In this document: positions 58,760 through 64,000 of the stretch, piece by piece
Layout of the letters: the number at the start of each line of letters is the position of its first letter
Position numbering within the stretch: the first letter of the stretch is position 1
Assembly (NCBI GenBank): GCA_964291625.2
Contig: OZ220090.1
Coordinates: 64,001-128,000, forward strand
DNA: 64,000 nt
Origin: Candidatus Latescibacterota bacterium
Lineage (GTDB): Bacteria > Latescibacterota > UBA2968 > UBA8231
Direction of reading: 5' to 3'
Position numbers and translations under genes: made by a program
Notes under the pieces: generated by a model
Databases searched by the model: none
The model's input: only the letters and a program-made list of their open reading frames with translations
Told to the model about the DNA's origin: nothing

Positions 58760-59050
58760 TCAGTCCGGCGGGAAAGGGAGACCGAGCTCCTTGACGAGGG
58801 AATCCAGTTCGGCCGGGGAGGTCCGACCCCGGCGGGAACGATGCAGGGCCGACAGCAGCCGCGCGGAGTTCTTCGGAGAGCGCAGGAGGTACACGGTCTC
58901 CTGAAGACTCCGCAGTTCCTCCGCCGGGACCAGGGCCATGGCCTCGTGGCCCCGTCGTTCGAGAATGGCCGGCTCCCGGCTCTGCTCCACGTCGTCCCAG
59001 ATCTCGGCCAGTCTCGCCCTCGCCTGGCTGCAGGGTATTCTCACGCCCAT
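58760..59050 (-). CDS. Phd/YefM antitoxin (orphan)
   Basis: SQARARLA..D.V....P...RRG...L..ETVYLLRSPKN..RL; AGGAG RBS; no YoeB/Txe follows. Confidence 0.88.
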   Translation of the reverse strand: MGVRIPCSQARARLAEIWDDVEQSREPAILERRGHEAMALVPAEELRSLQETVYLLRSPKNSARLLSALHRSRRGRTSPAELDSLVKELGLPFPPD

Positions 59051-59098
59051 GGCTTCGCTCCTTGCACTGCACAGGGATACAACCCTCGTCACACATGG

Positions 59099-60013
59099 TC
59101 AATCACCGCGACGCGGCAACCGGCGTCCCTCCCGCCGCCGCAGCTCGCCCAGCCGCCGGCCCAGCTTCTCCACCTCCTCCTCGATGAGGCGGATCTCGTC
59201 GCCGACGCTGATCTCGCCGTCGCGCTCGAGATGGCGCCGCCGCTCCTCGGCCTCCTTCTCGGCCTCGGCCTCGGACATGGAGTTGATGATCACGCCGATG
59301 AACAGGTTGAGCATGATCATGGTGCCGAACATCACGAAGGAGACGAAGAACGCGGCCCCGAGGAAGTACCGGCCCTGCGAGGCTTCGCGCAGGTGGGCCT
59401 GGGCCAAGTCGGCGTACCCCGGGTAGGCGTCGCTGCCGTACATCTGGATGTACATCACGTCGGTCCAGTCCTCCAGGGTCACCACCCGGAAGAGGGTCAG
59501 CAGCGACGTGGACAGGTCCTGGAAGTGGACGGGGTCGTTGCCGCGGAAAAGGAAGATTCCCATCACCGCGTACACGTAGAACAGGACCGCGAGCAGCAGG
59601 CCCACGTAGCCCAGGGAGGGGATCGACTTCAGCAGCGAGCTGACCAGCAGCTGCAGCCGCGGCACGGCCGTCACCAGCCGCAGGGCCCGCAGCACCCGCG
59701 CCAGGCGCAGCACCGCCGCGTACTGGCCTCCCACCGGCAGCAGGCAGACGACGACGATGAGAAAGTCGAAGACGTTCCAGGGGTCGGCGAAGTAGCGGTA
59801 CCAGCGCCGGCCGTGGCGCCCGATCTTGAGGGCCGCCTCGAGGGCGAAGATCCCCAGGACCACCCTGTCGAGGGCGTGCAGCAGCGAGCCGTGGGAGGCC
59901 ACCAGGTCCCGCGAGGTCTCCAGCCCCACCAGCGCTGCCGCCAGGACGATGACGGCCAGGACCCCGTGCTGGAAGGGGTCGGAGTCCACGAACCGGCCGA
60001 GTCGCTCGGTCAT
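59099..60013 (-). CDS. Prokaryotic voltage-gated cation channel (BacNav family)
   Basis: WNVFDF, S4 RLARVLRALRL, filter TLEDWTD, NLFIGVI, coiled-coil tail. Confidence 0.92.
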   Translation of the reverse strand: MTERLGRFVDSDPFQHGVLAVIVLAAALVGLETSRDLVASHGSLLHALDRVVLGIFALEAALKIGRHGRRWYRYFADPWNVFDFLIVVVCLLPVGGQYAAVLRLARVLRALRLVTAVPRLQLLVSSLLKSIPSLGYVGLLLAVLFYVYAVMGIFLFRGNDPVHFQDLSTSLLTLFRVVTLEDWTDVMYIQMYGSDAYPGYADLAQAHLREASQGRYFLGAAFFVSFVMFGTMIMLNLFIGVIINSMSEAEAEKEAEERRRHLERDGEISVGDEIRLIEEEVEKLGRRLGELRRREGRRLPRRGD

Positions 60014-60027
60014 CGGGTATGGGCGCT

Positions 60028-63000
60028 CTATGAAGGACGATTGGTCAGCGTTCGAAGTTGCGACAGGCCTTGGCGTGCGATCAGCTGCACGTCCTTCTGT
60101 CCTGCAAGGAGCTCCGCTTCACGCGTGAAGCCGGCGGCGTTCGTCACGACTATCGGCCGCGCGTCGCCCCGAATCGCATCGTCGTACACGGGGACTGAAT
60201 ACAGCACTTCCTCGACCGCTGCCGGGCCGCATTTGGCGTCAGGCTGGGTGTGCTTGCACTGCACCAGGATGGTGTGCTGCTCACCGCCCCCATCGAAGAA
60301 CGCCAATCCGTCAGCTCCGCGGTCTCCGCTTCGAGGCGTCTTGCGCGTGTCGTAGCCAGCCTCGGCAAGCTCTCCGAGCACCCACTCTTCGAAGGCCTCG
60401 GGTTCCATTATGTCGATCCTCTTCATCGGTACGTCAGACGGCGCATCGCTGCCCTGCGCCTGTGTCACGGTGGTTCGGTAGAGCTCACCCATGTCCTCCC
60501 TTGTAGCCGCGGTTGGAGCAAGCACACGGCGGTTCATCTCCCGCTTTCCTTCTATCAGGCTTTCGAGTTTCACGTCAAAGCTGTAATCGCCGAAGCGCGG
60601 GTGTCGAGCAATAGGCAGGTACACGTGCACGGGCCGGCTCTGGCCGATCCGAAAGACCCGGTCGGTGCACTGATCCTCGACCGCTGGGTTCCACCAGCGC
60701 GACAAGTGGATTACATGGTTGGCAGCCGTCAGGGTCAGGCCGACCCCGCCGGCGCGCGGCGACAGGATCATTACGTCGAAGCCAGTCCGGTCTTGGAACG
60801 TATCGACGCGAGCCTTGCGGGTTTCTCCGGCCACCGTGCCGTTTATGACCAGCACGTCCTCCGCCAGCGAGAATCGGCGTCTAAGCGTCCCCACTAGGAA
60901 GTCTTGCATCCAGCGCGCCTCGACAAAAACCAGCGCTTTCTCGCCGCACTCAGCGATCTCATGCAGAATCCTGAACGTCTCGGACAGCCGCGCAGACCCC
61001 TGGATGTACTTGTCGATGTCAAGTTCGTCTGGAGACGCCGGGTGCAGCGAGATGCTTCGAAGGCGATGGAGCGTCTGGAGCATGTTGCCGCCCAGTTCTG
61101 GTCCGCCTCCAATCACGATCTCCGCATACGCTTCGGCCTGCTCCTGTGGCATCTCCACGACGCGCCGGTGCACCTCCTTCTCCGGCAACTCCGGCACGTG
61201 GTCCTCCTTGAGCCGCCGCAGCATCAGGGGCAGTGCGGTATTAGTCCGACTCGTCAATGTGCTGTGCAGGTCTGCAAGCGCTGAGTCACCGTCAGTCTTA
61301 CTCTCGTACTTCCGGCTGAAATCCTTCAGGGTTCCGAACATCCCCGGTTCGGCCCGATCGAGCATCGACCAGATGTCCGCCGGCCGATTCTCCACAGGGG
61401 TGCCGGTCATCATCAGAGCGAAGTCGATGTTCATGGCAAGTGCGGCATCGGTCACGCGGGCGCCCGGGTTCTTGATCTTCTGGGCTTCGTCAAAGATGCC
61501 GGCGCGCCAACGGATGCGGCCGAAACTGTGCTGATAGTCGCGAAGGGTTTCATAGGTCGTGAGCACCCAGTCCGCGTCCTCCAGGGCCTGTAGGTCCAAT
61601 AGCGGTTGACCGCCCGGAAGTTCGCCGCGTCCGGAGGCGCCCTTTCTGAGATGACGTAAGGCACTCCCATGTGCTTCGACCACGCGACCCAGTCCGGCAC
61701 CCGACAGGTGTCTATCGTGTTCGTCCTTCCAATTCTTGAGCAGGCCCGTGGGAGCCACCACGAGCAGTGGCTGATGCGGAAGGTCCTCGGCTTCTACGTG
61801 CCTCTTCAGGGAAGACAGAAAGGCCAGTGCTTCCAGCGTCTTGCCGAGTCCCATGTCGTCGGCGAGCAGAGCGCCCCAGTTGCCGGCCTCCCAGTGTGCT
61901 TGCAGCCAGGTCAAGCCCTTCTGTTGATGCGGTAGGGGATTGGTCCGTAGGTCGGGGGCTGTGCCCGAGACGCCGGGCGTACGTTGTTTCCGCTCGCGAT
62001 GGAACCCTAGGTCATCCAAGTTGTCGATGACAAGCAGGACCTGATCCTTGGATTCGGGCTTGGGTTTGCACGGTCCACCACCTCCGCCGCCGCCGCCGCC
62101 GCTTGGGGGATCGATCGCCCGAATCTCCTCAAGGGACCCAATGGTCTCGGAGTTCGCGGGAATCTCGATCTCCCCTTGCGTGCTGATCCTGACCTTGACG
62201 GTCGATTCCCCGCGCTGGACCGCTGCCCTGACATGATCGAGCACGGGTTCCAATTCCTCAGGCGGGATGGCCACGCGCTGTCCGCCGATGAGGATCCCGA
62301 ATTCCTCGGGTGGCATCCACGGTTCCTTCGCCTGCTTAATCCAGGGGAGGACCTTGTCGGCCCAGATGCCGACACCCTTGACCCGCTCGCTCAAGCCCTC
62401 GTCGCTGAAGATGCTGTCGAGTTCGACATAGTTGCTGTCGTCGTCGAAGGCGCCGCGCAGGTACCCTGAGACGTTTCGCAGGAAGTCGCGCCGCTCGTCG
62501 GGTGTCCCGTCCTGGGCGCGCCGGACCACCGTAAGAGCCCGTTCGACCTCCGGCGTCAGGACGACGTAGGTGCCACCTCCGGAGGCGTACCGATGCTTCA
62601 CGCCGGACAGGCCGCGAAAACGCCGGGCAAACTCTCTCTGGCGGGCAGGCGGCATCCCAGGAGCGAATACCTGTTCCTCTTCACCTGCTTCGGTCGCCCG
62701 CGTCTCCTGCCGGCCGACGACCGGGTCGAAGTCGGGCTCTGCCTTGTCATTGAGGAACGGATGAATCTCGAAGCTCGAGGCCACGGAGATTCTCAGGGAA
62801 CGCAGGTTGTCATCGCCGACAACGGTGTCGGCAGGCAGCATCTCCGCGATCCGTCCCCACCGGAGCATACGCGACTCGATGTCCGACTCTTCCGCCCGGT
62901 TGAACCTGTCAATGGCGTCGGCGATGGAGTAGAGCGGATCGAGCAGCACGAAGTCCTCGCCAGCGACGCTCAGCCATGCGCCTTGGCGCTGAACCCGGAG

Positions 63001-63336
63001 GACGCGCCGGCCCTTACGGATATAGCCGCAGCGGACCTCGAAGTCGGGGTCCTGAATGGCGCCGTTCGCTACCACCTCGAGTGCGAATGGGGCAGCATCG
63101 GGCAGACCGACATATCGCAGTTCGTCCGAAGTCAGTTCGGCAACGCTCTTCCAGGAGACGCACAGGGCACTGCCATCGTCACACTCGGTCGCGCCGCCGT
63201 CGTCACGTAGTCGGCTCAGCACACCGGCCCCGGAGGGTCCTCGCAACGTCCACTCGCCAACGGGGAGGGCGCGATCCCCGTGGATCCGGACGATCAAGCC
63301 AGCCGACTTCGAGTCAAATACAAAGTCGTTCGACAT
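60028..63336 (-). CDS. zorD: SNF2 helicase with C-terminal Mrr-type nuclease (ZorD, Zorya type I)
   Basis: LLADDMGLGKT, DEAQKIKN, TGTPVEN, WWNPAVEDQCTDR; C-terminal DRGADG...VQCKH; GGAG RBS before ATG 63336. Confidence 0.8.
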   Translation of the reverse strand: MSNDFVFDSKSAGLIVRIHGDRALPVGEWTLRGPSGAGVLSRLRDDGGATECDDGSALCVSWKSVAELTSDELRYVGLPDAAPFALEVVANGAIQDPDFEVRCGYIRKGRRVLRVQRQGAWLSVAGEDFVLLDPLYSIADAIDRFNRAEESDIESRMLRWGRIAEMLPADTVVGDDNLRSLRISVASSFEIHPFLNDKAEPDFDPVVGRQETRATEAGEEEQVFAPGMPPARQREFARRFRGLSGVKHRYASGGGTYVVLTPEVERALTVVRRAQDGTPDERRDFLRNVSGYLRGAFDDDSNYVELDSIFSDEGLSERVKGVGIWADKVLPWIKQAKEPWMPPEEFGILIGGQRVAIPPEELEPVLDHVRAAVQRGESTVKVRISTQGEIEIPANSETIGSLEEIRAIDPPSGGGGGGGGGPCKPKPESKDQVLLVIDNLDDLGFHRERKQRTPGVSGTAPDLRTNPLPHQQKGLTWLQAHWEAGNWGALLADDMGLGKTLEALAFLSSLKRHVEAEDLPHQPLLVVAPTGLLKNWKDEHDRHLSGAGLGRVVEAHGSALRHLRKGASGRGELPGGQPLLDLQALEDADWVLTTYETLRDYQHSFGRIRWRAGIFDEAQKIKNPGARVTDAALAMNIDFALMMTGTPVENRPADIWSMLDRAEPGMFGTLKDFSRKYESKTDGDSALADLHSTLTSRTNTALPLMLRRLKEDHVPELPEKEVHRRVVEMPQEQAEAYAEIVIGGGPELGGNMLQTLHRLRSISLHPASPDELDIDKYIQGSARLSETFRILHEIAECGEKALVFVEARWMQDFLVGTLRRRFSLAEDVLVINGTVAGETRKARVDTFQDRTGFDVMILSPRAGGVGLTLTAANHVIHLSRWWNPAVEDQCTDRVFRIGQSRPVHVYLPIARHPRFGDYSFDVKLESLIEGKREMNRRVLAPTAATREDMGELYRTTVTQAQGSDAPSDVPMKRIDIMEPEAFEEWVLGELAEAGYDTRKTPRSGDRGADGLAFFDGGGEQHTILVQCKHTQPDAKCGPAAVEEVLYSVPVYDDAIRGDARPIVVTNAAGFTREAELLAGQKDVQLIARQGLSQLRTLTNRPS

Positions 63337-63454
63337 GGCTATGCTCCATGGTGTCGGCTCATGGGCCCGGGAATCTGAACCCCGAGTCTTCCTGGCTTGA
63401 GCCGCACGGCATCCTGGCGGCAGGATCGGAGGATCAAGCCTATGGGCGGACGCC

Positions 63455-64000
63455 TCAGGTCGAGGACTTACCCCATATGACACGAGAACGCAGACGCGCG
63501 ATCGTCGAGTCCAGACGATCGAGCACCGTGTTCATCCGCGTCCCATGGCCCGGCACTCCGTGGTCCGCTGTGTAAGCCCCCCATGCCTGCGAGCTCGCAT
63601 CCATGAAGGCCCGCAGGTCCACCCGAAGCTTGCGGGCGGCCAAAACGGACCCCCGAACCTCCCGCAACTCCTGAAGGGCTGCTGCGGCGCCGCCCCCGGT
63701 CGTCGGCTTGGGTCGGTCCGCCAGTTCCTGACCGGAGACACCCTGCGGGATGCGGCGAACCGGCACGTCCTTGTGGATCGTCTCTGTCAGGTCGGTCTGC
63801 GACGGGCCACCATGGATGTTCGGCGCGGCGGCCTGACTATGGGCTCCCCGGGCCGAGAGTGTGTAGCGCGGATGGTGGTCGGTCTGCCCTTCCTGCAGCC
63901 TGTCCGGAAAGTACTTGGCGCGACTGATCTCGACGCCGGTGTTGTCTCGAAGCCAGTGGGCGATCCAGTCCTGCCAGCGGCCCTCGGAGCTGCCGTCGTG
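63455..64000 (-). CDS. zorC: Probable ZorC (EH-signature) C-terminal part, 5' partial
   Basis: Frame is open from 64000 to the stop at 63455; begins HDGSSEGRWQDWIAHWLRDNTG, resembling the ZorC C-terminal HxG..WQ...TG motif; lies upstream of zorD. Confidence 0.6.
   Translation of the reverse strand, partial: HDGSSEGRWQDWIAHWLRDNTGVEISRAKYFPDRLQEGQTDHHPRYTLSARGAHSQAAAPNIHGGPSQTDLTETIHKDVPVRRIPQGVSGQELADRPKPTTGGGAAAALQELREVRGSVLAARKLRVDLRAFMDASSQAWGAYTADHGVPGHGTRMNTVLDRLDSTIARLRSRVIWGKSST

Overview
GC-rich bacterial chromosomal window. The FlgD/T9SS-like C-termini, DUF6785 proteins, WD40 megaprotein and SWGxVK tail suggest a Latescibacterota/Poribacteria-like lineage (inference only). From left to right: (1) TPR/lipoprotein/CsgG-like envelope genes; (2) a 10-gene PspA-polyamine operon (J-domain, YbjN/CesT, PspA, Tat flavoprotein, membrane SpeE, DUF4178, lipoprotein, DUF350, K+ channel, SpeD); (3) a complete class I DISARM locus (drmD-drmMI-drmA-drmB-drmC). 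About 5 kb of cargo sits between drmMI and drmA: a retron (RT-trypsin protease fusion with a visible msr-msd ncRNA bounded by ~28-nt inverted repeats), a DarG-like macrodomain, an ABC-ATPase + DUF4276/TOPRIM pair and a Phd antitoxin. A duplicated drmB/drmC junction encloses a decayed ParDE-like module; (4) a long catabolic/secreted-protein region (CRTAC1, Ldh_2, UxuA, DUF362, two DUF6785, amidohydrolases, sulfatase, WD40-zincin, MFS, MR/MLE, BNR); (5) a BacNav channel and the zorC-zorD end of a probable Zorya type I system. Six antitoxin-type genes lack an intact toxin, and two of them sit beside recognisable toxin remnants. No rRNA, tRNA, CRISPR array or integrase/transposase was seen. All family calls are by motif recognition, not database search.
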